A DNA stretch of 64,000 bases. Origin: Eledone cirrhosa. Lineage: Eukaryota. A model generated the notes under the pieces. It made no database searches, was not told the DNA's origin, and was given only the letters and a program-made list of their open reading frames with translations. Positions 1 to 12,200 of the stretch are shown here, piece by piece. The position numbers and the translations under genes were made by a program. The DNA lies in NCBI GenBank assembly GCA_964016885.1, contig OZ024753.1:23250001-23314000 (forward strand), in the 5' to 3' direction. Numbering within the stretch: position 1 is the first letter of the stretch; each line of letters opens with the position of its first letter.

Positions 1-36
1 TATTATTGTTGTTATTATTATTATTATTGTTATTAA
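1..36. repeat. Imperfect (TTA/TTG)n trinucleotide microsatellite
   Basis: tattattgttgttattattattattattgttatta read directly; may continue left of the window. Confidence 0.95.
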
Positions 37-88
37 TGTATATGTGTGTGAGTGTATATATGTGTGTGTATATATGTATATGTATATG

Positions 89-158
<70 letters not shown>
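37..158. repeat. Compound (TG)/(TATG)/(TA)n microsatellite with a pure (TA)~29 tract at 101-158
   Basis: Alternating purine-pyrimidine run, followed by a T-rich tract at 159-192. Confidence 0.97.
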
Positions 159-161
<3 letters not shown>

Positions 162-238
162 CTTTTTTTTTATTTATTTATTAATTTTTTTTTCTCCTCG
201 AGCAATTGCCATACTCTATAACGAGGGGGCAGCCATCA

Positions 239-370
239 TATATAAATGTATATGTATGTATGTTGTATGTATATATAAATGTATATATAAGTATGTTGTA
301 TGTATATGTATGTATGTTGTATGTACATTGTAAGTATGTTGTATGTATATATAAATGTATCCGTATGTAT
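239..370. repeat. Degenerate TATG-based micro/minisatellite
   Basis: Recurring words GTATGTTGTATGTA (4 copies) and TATAAATGTAT (3 copies). Confidence 0.85.
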
Positions 371-702
371 GCTACACTCGTATGTATAACATATATAGAA
401 TGCGTGTAGGTGTATATATTTTGTGTAAAGTGTGTTGCGTCAGAAATATAGGTGTGTGTGCCCATATGCTTATATCGATCACTTCTTACACTGCACTCTA
501 GTTACTCCATATGCAATCGTTGTAAAATGTATCGATTAGGAAAAGGTATAGCCACTTCATAGCTCCATCTGTCTCTCTTAAACAAAAGTATTTAAAAAAT
601 CAATACAAAATATATTGATTTTAATTCTCTATTTAATCACAGAATTTATATTTCTTAATATGATATACATGTCTGTAGACACGTTGGTTCTTGTGTGCAA
701 CC

Positions 703-734
703 ATATATATGTGTATGTGTGTGTGTATGTTATG

Positions 735-783
<49 letters not shown>

Positions 784-810
784 TGACAGAGAGGTAGATA
801 GAGAGAGGGG
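703..810. repeat. Compound microsatellite (AT)(GT)n...(CA)9(TA)13 followed by a short AG-rich tract
   Basis: atatatatgtgtatgtgtgtgtgt at 703-726, (CA)n at 735-752, (TA)n at 753-778, gagaggtagatagagagagggg near 789-810. Confidence 0.93.
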
Positions 811-890
811 GTGGAGGGTGAACTAAATCATTAAACTAACATTTTAGTTTAACGTAGAAATATCGAAATAAATATTCTACAAAATTTATC

Positions 891-1100
891 ATCGAGGAAA
901 CTCTACATGGTCATTTGCCCTGCTAACAATAGCAGCCGAATATTTCATATCATATCCTAGTGTCTTAAACATTGAACACATTGGATGTTGTATTTATAGA
1001 TATATCTTAAATGAAAGAAAACATTGATGGGAAGGTTACGGTTGGAATGTGTTTGATCATAAGTTTACGTAAATATGAACTTGGGTCAAAGCCAAAACAA
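891..1100 (+). mobile_element. Probable decayed short interspersed repeat (SINE-like) fragment
   Basis: Ordered motifs catggtcatttgccctgctaacaatagcagcc ... gtcttaaa ... acattggat ... ggttggaatgtgtttgatcata ... ending in an A/C-rich tail. These resemble, from recollection only, a common octopus interspersed repeat. No database search was done and no target-site duplication or Pol III boxes are evident. Confidence 0.45.
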
Positions 1101-4100
1101 AGTTATGTACAAAACCTTTGTGCATTTGGAAAGACCACACTTTGAATGACATAGTCAAAAAACTCTTTCAATGATAATGTCAAAACCCCCTCTTTCAATG
1201 ACATTCAAAAACCATTCTTTCAATGACAGGCAAAACCCACTCTTTCAATGACAGTCAAAACACACTCTTTCAATGACAGTCAAAACCCACTCTTTCAATG
1301 ACTGTCAAAACCCACTCTTTCAATGACAGTCAAAAACCCACTCTTTCAATGACAGCTAAAACCCACTCTTTCAATGACAATGTCAAAACCCAATCTTTCA
1401 ATGACAATGTCAAAACCTACTCTTTCAATGACAGTCAAAACCAACTCTTTCAATGACAGTCAAAACCCACTCTTTCAATGACAATGTCAAAACCCACTCT
1501 TTCAATGACAGTCGAAACCCACTATTTCAATGACAATGTCAAAACCTACACTTTCAATGACAATGTCACAACCTACTCTTTCAATGACAGTCAAAACCCA
1601 CTTTTTCAATGATAGCCAAAACTCACTCCTCCAATGACAATTTCAAAACCCACCCTTTCCATGACAATGTCAAAACCTTCTCTTTCAATGACAGTCAAAA
1701 CCCACTCTTTTAATGAGAGTCAAAACCCACTCTTTCAATGACAGTCAAAACCCACTCTTTCAATGACAATGTCAAAACCCACTCTTTCAATGACAGTCAA
1801 AACCCACTATTTCAATGACAATGTCAAAACCCACTCTTTCAATGACAATGTCAAAACCTACTACTTCAATGACAGCCAAAATCTACTCTTTCAATGACAA
1901 TGTCAACACCCACTCTTTCAATGACAGTCAAAACACACTTCAATGACAATCAAAACCCACTCTTTAAATGACAGTCAAAACCTACTCTTTCAATGACAGC
2001 CAAAACCTACTCTTTCAATGACAATGTCAAAACCCACTCTTTCAATGACAGTCAAAACCTACTCTTCCAATGACAGTGAAAACCTACTCTTTCAATGACA
2101 GTCAAAACCCATTCTTTCAATGACAGTCAAAACCCACTCTTTCAATGTCAGGCAAAAGCTACTCTTTCAATGACAGTCAAATCCCATTCTTTCAATCACA
2201 GTGTCATAACCCACTCTTTCAATGACAGTCAAAACCCACTATTTCAATGATAATGTCAAACCTACTCTTTCAATGAATGTCAAAACCCACTCTTTCAATG
2301 ACAATGTCAAAACCTACTCTTTCAATGACAGTCAAAACCCACTCTTTCAATGACAGTCAAAACCCACTCTTTCAATGACCGTCAAAACACACTCTTTCAA
2401 TGACAGTCAAAAACCCACTCTTTCAATGACAGCTAACACCCACTCTTTCATTGACAATGTCAAAACCCACTCTTTCAATGACAATGTTAAAACCTACTCT
2501 TTCAATGACAGTCAAAACCCACTCTTTCAATGACAGTCAAAACCTACTCTTTCAATGACAGCCAAACCCACTCTTTCAATGACAGTCAAAACCAACTTTT
2601 TCAATGACAATGTTAAAACCCACTCTTTCAATGACAATGTCAAAACCTACTCTTTCAATGACAGCCAAAACCTACTCTTTCAATGACAATGTCAAAACCC
2701 ACTCTTTCAATGACAGTCAAAACCCACTCTTTCAATGACAATAAAAACCCACTCTTTAAATGACAGTCAAAACCTACTCTTTTAATGACAATGTCAAAAC
2801 CCACTCTTTCAATGACAGTCAAAACCCACTTTTCCAACGACAGTCAAAACCTACTCTTTCAATGACAATGTCAAAACCCATTCTTTCAATGACAGTCAAA
2901 ATCCACTCTTTCAATGACAGTCAAAACCCACTCTTTCAATGACAATGTCAAAACCCACTCGTTCAATGACAGTCAAAATCCACTCTTTCAATGACAATGT
3001 CAAAACCCACTCTTTCAATGACAATGTCAAAACCTACTCCTTCAATGACAGCCAAAATCTACTCTTTCAATGACAATGTCAAAACCCACTCTTTCAATGA
3101 CAGTCAAAACACACTCTTTCAATGACAATCAAAACCCACTCTTTCAATGACAATGTAAAAACCCACTCTTTCAATGACAGTCAAAACCGACTCTTCCAAT
3201 GACAGTCAAAACCTACTCTTTCAATGATAATGTCAAACCTACTCTTTCAATGAATGTCAAAACCCACTCTTTCAATGACAATGTCAAAACCTACTCTTTC
3301 AATGACAGTCAAAACCCACTCTTTCAATGACAATCAAAACCCACTCTTTCAATGAGAGGCAAAACCCACTCTTTCAATGACAATGTCAAAACCTATCTTT
3401 CAATGAATGTCAATCAAATCCCACTCTTTGAATGACAGTGTCAAAACCCACTCTTTCAATTACAGTCAAAACCCACTCTTTCAATGACAATGTCAACACC
3501 CACTATTTCAATGACAATGTCAAAACCTACTCTTTCAATGTCAGTCAAACACACTATTTCAATGACAGTCAAAACACACTAATTCAATGACAGTCAAAAC
3601 CCACTCTTTCAATGACAGTCAAAAACCCACTCTTTCAATGACAATGTCAAAAGCTACCCCTTTCAATGACAGTCAAAACCCACTGTTTCAATGACAGTCA
3701 AAACCTACTCTTTCAATGGCAGCCAAACCCACTCTTTCAATGACAGTCAAAAGCCACTCTTTCAATGACAATGTTAAAACCCACTCTTTCAATGACAATG
3801 TCAAAACCTACTCTTTCAATGACAATGTCAAAACCCACTCTTTCAATGATAGTCAAAACCCACTCTTTCAATGACAATAAAAACCCACTCTTTAAATGAC
3901 AGTCAAAACCTACTCTTTCAATGACAGTCAAAACCTACTCTTTCAATGACAATGTCAAAACCCACTCTTTCAATGACAGTCAAAACCCACTTTTCCAATG
4001 ACAGTCAAAACCTACTCTTTCAATGACAATGTCAAAACCCATTCTTTCAATGACAGTCAAAACCCACTCTTTCAATAACAGTCAAAACCCACTCTTTCAA

Positions 4101-6289
4101 TGACAGTCAAAAACCCACTCTTTCAATGACAGCTAACACCCACTCTTTCATTGACAATGTCAAAACCCACTCTTTCAATGACAGTCAAAACCCACTCTTT
4201 CAATGACAATGTCAAAACCCACTCTTTCAATGACAATGTCAAAACCTACTCCTTCAATGACAGACAAAATCCACTCTTTCAATGACAATAAAAACCCACT
4301 CTTTCAATGACAGTCAAAACCCACTCTTTTAATGAGAGTCAAAAGCCACTCTTTCAATGACAATGTTAAAACCCACTCTTTCAATGACAATGTCAAAATC
4401 TACTCTTTCAATGACAGTGTCAAAACCCACTCTTTCAATGACAGTCAAAACACAATCTTTCAATGAGAATCAAAACCCACTCTTTAAATGACAGTCAAAA
4501 CCTACTCTTTCAATGACAGCCAAAACCTACTCTTTCAATGACAATGTCAAAACCCACTCTTTCAATGACAGTCAAAACCCACTCTTCCAATGACAGTCAA
4601 AACCTACTCTTTCAATGACAGTCAAAACCCACTCTTTCAATGTCAGGCAAAACCCACTCTTTTAATGAGAGTCAAAACCCACTCTTTCAATGACAGTCAA
4701 AACCCACTCTTTCAATGACAATGTCAAAACCCACTCTTTCAATGACAGTCAAAACCCACTCTTTCAATGAAAATGTCAAAACCCACTCTTTCAATGACAA
4801 TGTCAAAACCTACTCCTTCAATGACAGACAAAATCCACTCTTTCAATGACAATCAAAACCCACTCTTTCAATGACAGTCAAAACCCACTCTTTTAATGAC
4901 AGTCAAAACCCACTCTTTCAATGACAGTCAAAACCCACTCTTTCAATGACAATGTCAAAACCCACTCTTTCAATGACAGTGAAAACCTACTCTTTCAATG
5001 ACAGTCAAAACCCATTCTTTCAATGACAGTCAAAACCCACTCTTTCAATGTCAGGCAAAACCTACTCTTTCAATGAGAGTCAAATCCCACTCTTTCAATC
5101 ACAGTGTCATAACCCACTCTTTCAATGACAGTCAAAACCCACTATTTCAATGATAATGTCAAACCTACTCTTTCAATGAATGTCAAAACCCACTCTTTCA
5201 ATGACAATTTCAAAACCTACTCTTTCAATGACAGTCAAAACCCACTCTTTCAATGACAATCAAAACCCACTCTTTCAATGACAATGTCAAAACCTATCTT
5301 TCAATGACAGTAAAATCCCACTCTTTGAATGACAGTGTCAAAACCCACTCTTTCAATTACAGTCAAAACCCACTCTTTCAATGACAATGTCAACACCCAC
5401 TATTTCAATGACAGTCAAAACACACTCTTTCAATGACAGTCAAAACCCACTCTTTCAATGACAGTCAAAAACCCACTCTTTCAATGACAGCTAACACCCA
5501 CTCTTTCATTGACAATGTCAAAACCCACTCTTTCAATGACAATGTCAAAACCTACTCTTTCAATGACAGTCAAAACCCACTCTTTCAATGACAGTCAAAA
5601 CCTACTCTTTCAATGACAGCCAAACCCACTCTTTCAATGACAGTCAAAACCAACTCTTTCAATGACAATGTCAAAACCCACTCTTTCAATGACAATGTCA
5701 AAACCTACTCTTTCAATGACAGCCAAAACCTACTCTTTCGATGACAAGGTCAAAACCCACTCTTTCAATGACAGTCAAAACCCACTCTTTCAATGACAAT
5801 AAAAACCAACTCATTAAATGACAGTCAAAACCTACTCTTTCAATGAATATGTCAAAACCCACTCTTTCAATGACAGTCAAAACCTACTCTTTCAATGACA
5901 ATGTCAAAACCCACTCTTTCAATGACAGTCAAAACCCACTATTTCAATGACAATGTCAAAACCCACTCTTTAATTGACAGTCAAAACCCACTCTTTCAAT
6001 GACAATGTCAAAACCCACTCTTTCAATGACAATGTCAAAACCTACTCCTTCAATGACAGCCAGAATCTACTCTTTCAATGACAATGTCAAAACCCACTCT
6101 TTCAATGACAGTCAAAACACACTCTTTCAATGACAATCAAAACCCACTCTTTAAATGACAGTCAAAACCTACTCTTTCAATGACAGCCAAAACCTACTCT
6201 TTCAATGACAATGTCAAAACCTACTCTTTCAATGACAGCTAAAACCCACTCTTTCAATGACCGTCAAAACCCACTCTTTCAATGACAGT

Positions 6290-9200
6290 CAAAAACCCAC
6301 TCTTTCAATGACAGCTAACACCCACTCTTTCATTGACAATGTCAAAACCCACTCTTTCAATGACAATGTTAAAACCTACTCTTTCAATGACAGTCAAAAC
6401 CCACTCTTTCAATGACAGTCAAAACCTACTCTTTCAATGAGAGCCAAACCCACTCTTTCAATGACAGTCAAAACCAACTCTTTCAATGACAATGTTAAAA
6501 CCCACTCTTTCAATGACAATGTCAAAACCTACTCTTTCAATGACAGACAAAACCTACTCTTTCAATGACAATGTCAAAACCCACTCTTTCAATGACAGTC
6601 AAAACCCACTCTTTCAATGACAATAAAAACCCACTCTTTAAATGACAGTCAAAACCTACTCTTTTAATGAAAATGTCAAAACCCACTCTTTCAATGACAG
6701 TCAAAACCCACTTTTCCAATGACAGTCAAAACCTACTCTTTGAATGACAATGTCAAAACCCATTCTTTCAATGACAGTCAAAATCCACTCTTTCAATGAC
6801 AGTCAAAACCCACTCTTTCAATGACAATATCAAAACCTACTCTTTCAATGACAGTCAAAACCCACTCTTTCAATGACAATTTCAAAACCCACTCTTTCAA
6901 TGACAATGTCAAAACCTACTCCTTCAATGACAGCCAAAATCTACTCTTTCAATGAGAATGTCAAAACCCACTCTTTCAATGACAGTCAAAACACACTCTT
7001 TCAATGACAATCAAAACCCACTCTTTAAATGACAGTCAAAACCTACTCTTTCAATGACAGCCAAAACCTACTCTTTCAATGACAATGTCAAAACCCACTC
7101 TTTCAATGACAGTCAAAACCCATTCTTTCAATGACAGTCAAAACCCACTCTTTCAATGTCAGGCAAAACCTACTCTTTCAATGACAGTCAAATCCCACTC
7201 TTTCAATCACAGTGTCATAACCCACTCTTTCAATGACAGTCAACACCCACTATTTCAATGATAATGTCAAACCTACTCTTTCAATGAATGTCAAAACCGA
7301 CTCTTTCAATGACAATGTCAAAACCCACTCTTTCAATGACAGTCAAAACCCACTCTTTCAATGACAATCAAAACCCACTCTTTCAATGAGAGGCAAACCC
7401 ACTCTTTCAATGACAATGTCAAAACCTATCTTTCAATGACAATCAAATCCCACTCTTTGAATGACAGTGTCAAAACCCACTCTTTCAATTACAGTCAAAA
7501 CCCACTCTTTCAATGACAATGTCAAAACCTACTCTTTCAATGTCAGTCAAACCCACTATTTCAATGACAGTCAAAACACACTAATTCAATGACAGTCAAA
7601 ACCCACTCTTTCAATGACAGTCAAAAACTCACTCTTTCAATGACAGCTAACACCCACTCTTTCATTGACAATGTCAAAACCCACTCTTTCAATGACAATG
7701 TCAAAAGCTACCCCTTTCAATGACAGTCAAAACCCACTCTTTCAATGACAGTCAAAACCTACTCTTTCAATGACAGCCAAACCCACTCTTTCAATGACAG
7801 TCAAAACCCACTCTTTCAATGACAATGTCAAAACCTACTCTTTCAATGACAATGTCAAAACCCACTCTTTCAATGATAGTCAAAACCCACTCTTTCAATG
7901 ACAATAAAAACTCACTCTTTAAATGACAGTCAAAACCTACTCTTTCAATGACAGTCAAAACCTACTCTTTCAATGACAATGTCAAAACCCACTCTTTCAA
8001 TGACAGTCAAAACCCACTTTTCCAATGACAGTCAAAATCTACTCTTTCAATGACAATGTCAAAACCCATTCTTTCAATGACAGTCAAAACCCACACTTTC
8101 AATGACAGTCAAAACCCACTCTTTCAATGACAATGTCAAAACCCACTCTTTCAATGACAGTCAAAACCCACTCTTTCAATGACAGTGTCAAAACCCACTC
8201 TTTCAATGACAATGTCAAAACCTACTCCTTCAATGACAGCCAAAATCTACTCTTTCAATGACAGTGTCAAAACCCACTCTTTCAATGACAGTCAAAACAC
8301 AATCTTTCAATGAGAATCAAAACCCACTCTTTAAATGACAGTCAAAACCTACTCTTTCAATGACAGCCAAAACCTACTCTTTCAATGACAATGTCAAAAC
8401 CCACTCTTTCAATGACAGTCAAAACCCACTCTTCCAATGACAGTCAAAACCTATTCTTTCAATGACAGTCAAAACCCACTCTTTCAATGTCAGGCAAAAC
8501 CTACTCTTTCAATGACAGTCAAATCCAACTCTTTCAATGACAGTGTCATAAGCCACTCTTTCAATGACAGTCAAAACCCACTATTTCAATGATAATGTCA
8601 AACCTACTCTTTCAATGAATGTCAAAACCCACTCTTTCAATGACAATGTCAAAACCTATCTTTCAATGACAGTCAAATCCCACTCTTTGAATGACAGTGT
8701 CAAAACCCACTCTTTCAATTACAGTCAAAACCCACTCTTTCAATGACAATGTCAACACCCACTATTTCAATGACAATGTCAAAACCTACTCTTTCAATGT
8801 CAGTCAAAACACACTCTTTCAATGACAGTCAAAACCCACTCTTTCAATGACATCAAAAACCCACTCTTTCAATGACAGCTAACACCCACTCTTTCATTGA
8901 CAATGTCAAAACCCACTCTTTCAATGACAATGTCAAAACCTACTCTTTCAATGACAGTGAAAACCCACTCTTTCAATGACAGTCAAAACCTACTCTTTCA
9001 ATGACAGCCAAACCCACTCTTTCAATGACAGTCAAAACCAACTCTTTCAATGACAATGTCAAAACCCATTCTTTCATTGACACTCAAAACCCACTCTTTC
9101 AATGACAGTCAAAACCCACTCTTTCAATGACAATGTCAAAACCCATTCTTTAATTGACAGTCAAAACCCACTCTTTCAATGACAATGTCAAAACCCACTC

Positions 9201-12200
9201 TTTCAATGACAATGTCAAAACCCATTCTTTAATTGACAGTCAAAACCTACTCTTTCAATGACAGCCAAACCCACTCTTTCAATGACAGTCAAAACCAACT
9301 CTTTCAATGACAATGTTAAAACCCACTCTTTCAATGACAATGTCAAAACCTACTCTTTCAATGACAGCCAAAACCTACTCTTTCGATGACAAGGTCAAAA
9401 CCCACTCTTTCAATGACAGTCAAAACCCACTCTTTCAATGACAATAAAAACCAACTCATTAAATGACAGTCAAAACCTACTCTTTCAATGAATATGTCAA
9501 AACCCACTCTTTCAATGACAGTCAAAACCCACTTTTCCAATGACAGTCAAAACCTACTCTTTCAATGACAATGTCAAAACCCATTCTTTCATTGACAGTC
9601 AAAACCCACTCTTTCAATGACAGCTAACACCCACTCTTTCATTGACAATGTCAAAACCCACTCTTTCAATGACAATGTTAAAACCTACTCTTTCAATGAC
9701 AGTCAAAACCCACTCTTTCAATGACAGTCAAAACCTACTCTTTCAATGAGAGCCAAACCCACTCTTTCAATGACAGTCAAAACCAACTCTTTCAATGACA
9801 ATGTTAAAACCCACTCTTTCAATGACAATGTCAAAACCTACTCTTTCAATGACAGACAAAACCTACTCTTTCAATGACAATGTCAAAACCCACTCTTTCA
9901 ATGACAGTCAAAACCCACTCTTTCAATGACAATAAAAACCCACTCTTTAAATGACAGTCAAAACCTACTCTTTTAATGAAAATGTCAAAACCCACTCTTT
10001 CAATGACAGTCAAAACCCACTTTTCCAATGACAGTCAAAACCTACTCTTTGAATGACAATGTCAAAACCCATTCTTTCAATGACAGTCAAAATCCACTCT
10101 TTCAATGACAGTCAAAACCCACTCTTTCAATGACAATATCAAAACCTACTCTTTCAATGACAGTCAAAACCCACTCTTTCAATGACAATTTCAAAACCCA
10201 CTCTTTCAATGACAATGTCAAAACCTACTCCTTCAATGACAGCCAAAATCTACTCTTTCAATGAGAATGTCAAAACCCACTCTTTCAATGACAGTCAAAA
10301 CACACTCTTTCAATGACAATCAAAACCCACTCTTTAAATGACAGTCAAAACCTACTCTTTCAATGACAGCCAAAACCTACTCTTTCAATGACAATGTCAA
10401 AACCCACTCTTTCAATGACAGTCAAAACCCATTCTTTCAATGACAGTCAAAACCCACTCTTTCAATGTCAGGCAAAACCTACTCTTTCAATGACAGTCAA
10501 ATCCCACTCTTTCAATCACAGTGTCATAACCCACTCTTTCAATGACAGTCAACACCCACTATTTCAATGATAATGTCAAACCTACTCTTTCAATGAATGT
10601 CAAAACCGACTCTTTCAATGACAATGTCAAAACCTACTCTTTCAATGACAGTCAAAACCCACTCTTTCAATGACAATCAAAACCCACTCTTTCAATGAGA
10701 GGCAAACCCACTCTTTCAATGACAATGTCAAAACCTATCTTTCAATGACAATCAAATCCCACTCTTTGAATGACAGTGTCAAAACCCACTCTTTCAATTA
10801 CAGTCAAAACCCACTCTTTCAATGACAATGTCAAAACCTACTCTTTCAATGTCAGTCAAACCCACTATTTCAATGACAGTCAAAACACACTAATTCAATG
10901 ACAGTCAAAACCCACTCTTTCAATGACAGTCAAAAACTCACTCTTTCAATGACAGCTAACACCCACTCTTTCATTGACAATGTCAAAACCCACTCTTTCA
11001 ATGACAATGTCAAAAGCTACCCCTTTCAATGACAGTCAAAACCCACTCTTTCAATGACAGTCAAAACCTACTCTTTCAATGACAGCCAAACCCACTCTTT
11101 CAATGACAGTCAAAACCCACTCTTTCAATGACAATGTCAAAACCTACTCTTTCAATGACAATGTCAAAACCCACTCTTTCAATGATAGTCAAAACCCACT
11201 CTTTCAATGACAATAAAAACCCACTCTTTAAATGACAGTCAAAACCTACTCTTTCAATGACAGTCAAAACCTACTCTTTCAATGACAATGTCAAAACCCA
11301 CTCTTTCAATGACAGTCAAAACCCACTTTTCCAATGACAGTCAAAATCTACTCTTTCAATGACAATGTCAAAACCCATTCTTTCAATGACAGTCAAAACC
11401 CACACTTTCAATGACAGTCAAAACCCACTCTTTCAATGACAATGTCAAAACCCACTCTTTCAATGACAGTCAAAACCCACTCTTTCAATGACAGTGTCAA
11501 AACCCACTCTTTCAATGACAATGTCAAAACCTACTCCTTCAATGACAGCCAAAATCTACTCTTTCAATGACAGTGTCAAAACCCACTCTTTCAATGACAG
11601 TCAAAACACAATCTTTCAATGAGAATCAAAACCCACTCTTTAAATGACAGTCAAAACCTACTCTTTCAATGACAGCCAAAACCTACTCTTTCAATGACAA
11701 TGTCAAAACCCACTCTTTCAATGACAGTCAAAACCCACTCTTCCAATGACAGTCAAAACCTATTCTTTCAATGACAGTCAAAACCCACTCTTTCAATGTC
11801 AGGCAAAACCTACTCTTTCAATGACAGTCAAATCCAACTCTTTCAATGACAGTGTCATAAGCCACTCTTTCAATGACAGTCAAAACCCACTATTTCAATG
11901 ATAATGTCAAACCTACTCTTTCAATGAATGTCAAAACCCACTCTTTCAATGACAATGTCAAAACCCACTCTTTCAATGACAGTCAAATCCCACTCTTTGA
12001 ATGACAGTGTCAAAACCCACTCTTTCAATTACAGTCAAAACCCACTCTTTCAATGACAATGTCAACACCCACTATTTCAATGACAATGTCAAAACCTACT
12101 CTTTCAATGTCAGTCAAAACACACTCTTTCAATGACAGTCAAAACCCACTCTTTCAATGACATCAAAAACCCACTCTTTCAATGACAGCTAACACCCACT

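Noticed and set aside
159-240. Possible 3' splice site (T-rich tract then ctcgag) and small exon
   Set aside because: The acceptor is GAG rather than YAG, it is embedded in microsatellites, and there is no convincing donor site or coding signal.
6-465. Four ORFs rich in YI/LL/VC
   Set aside because: They are translations of (TTA)n, (TA)n and (TATG)n microsatellites.
3401-3425. Singleton aberrant monomer caatgaatgtcaatcaaatccc
   Set aside because: A one-off 4-bp insertion or chimera, or a sequencing error; not propagated and not informative alone.
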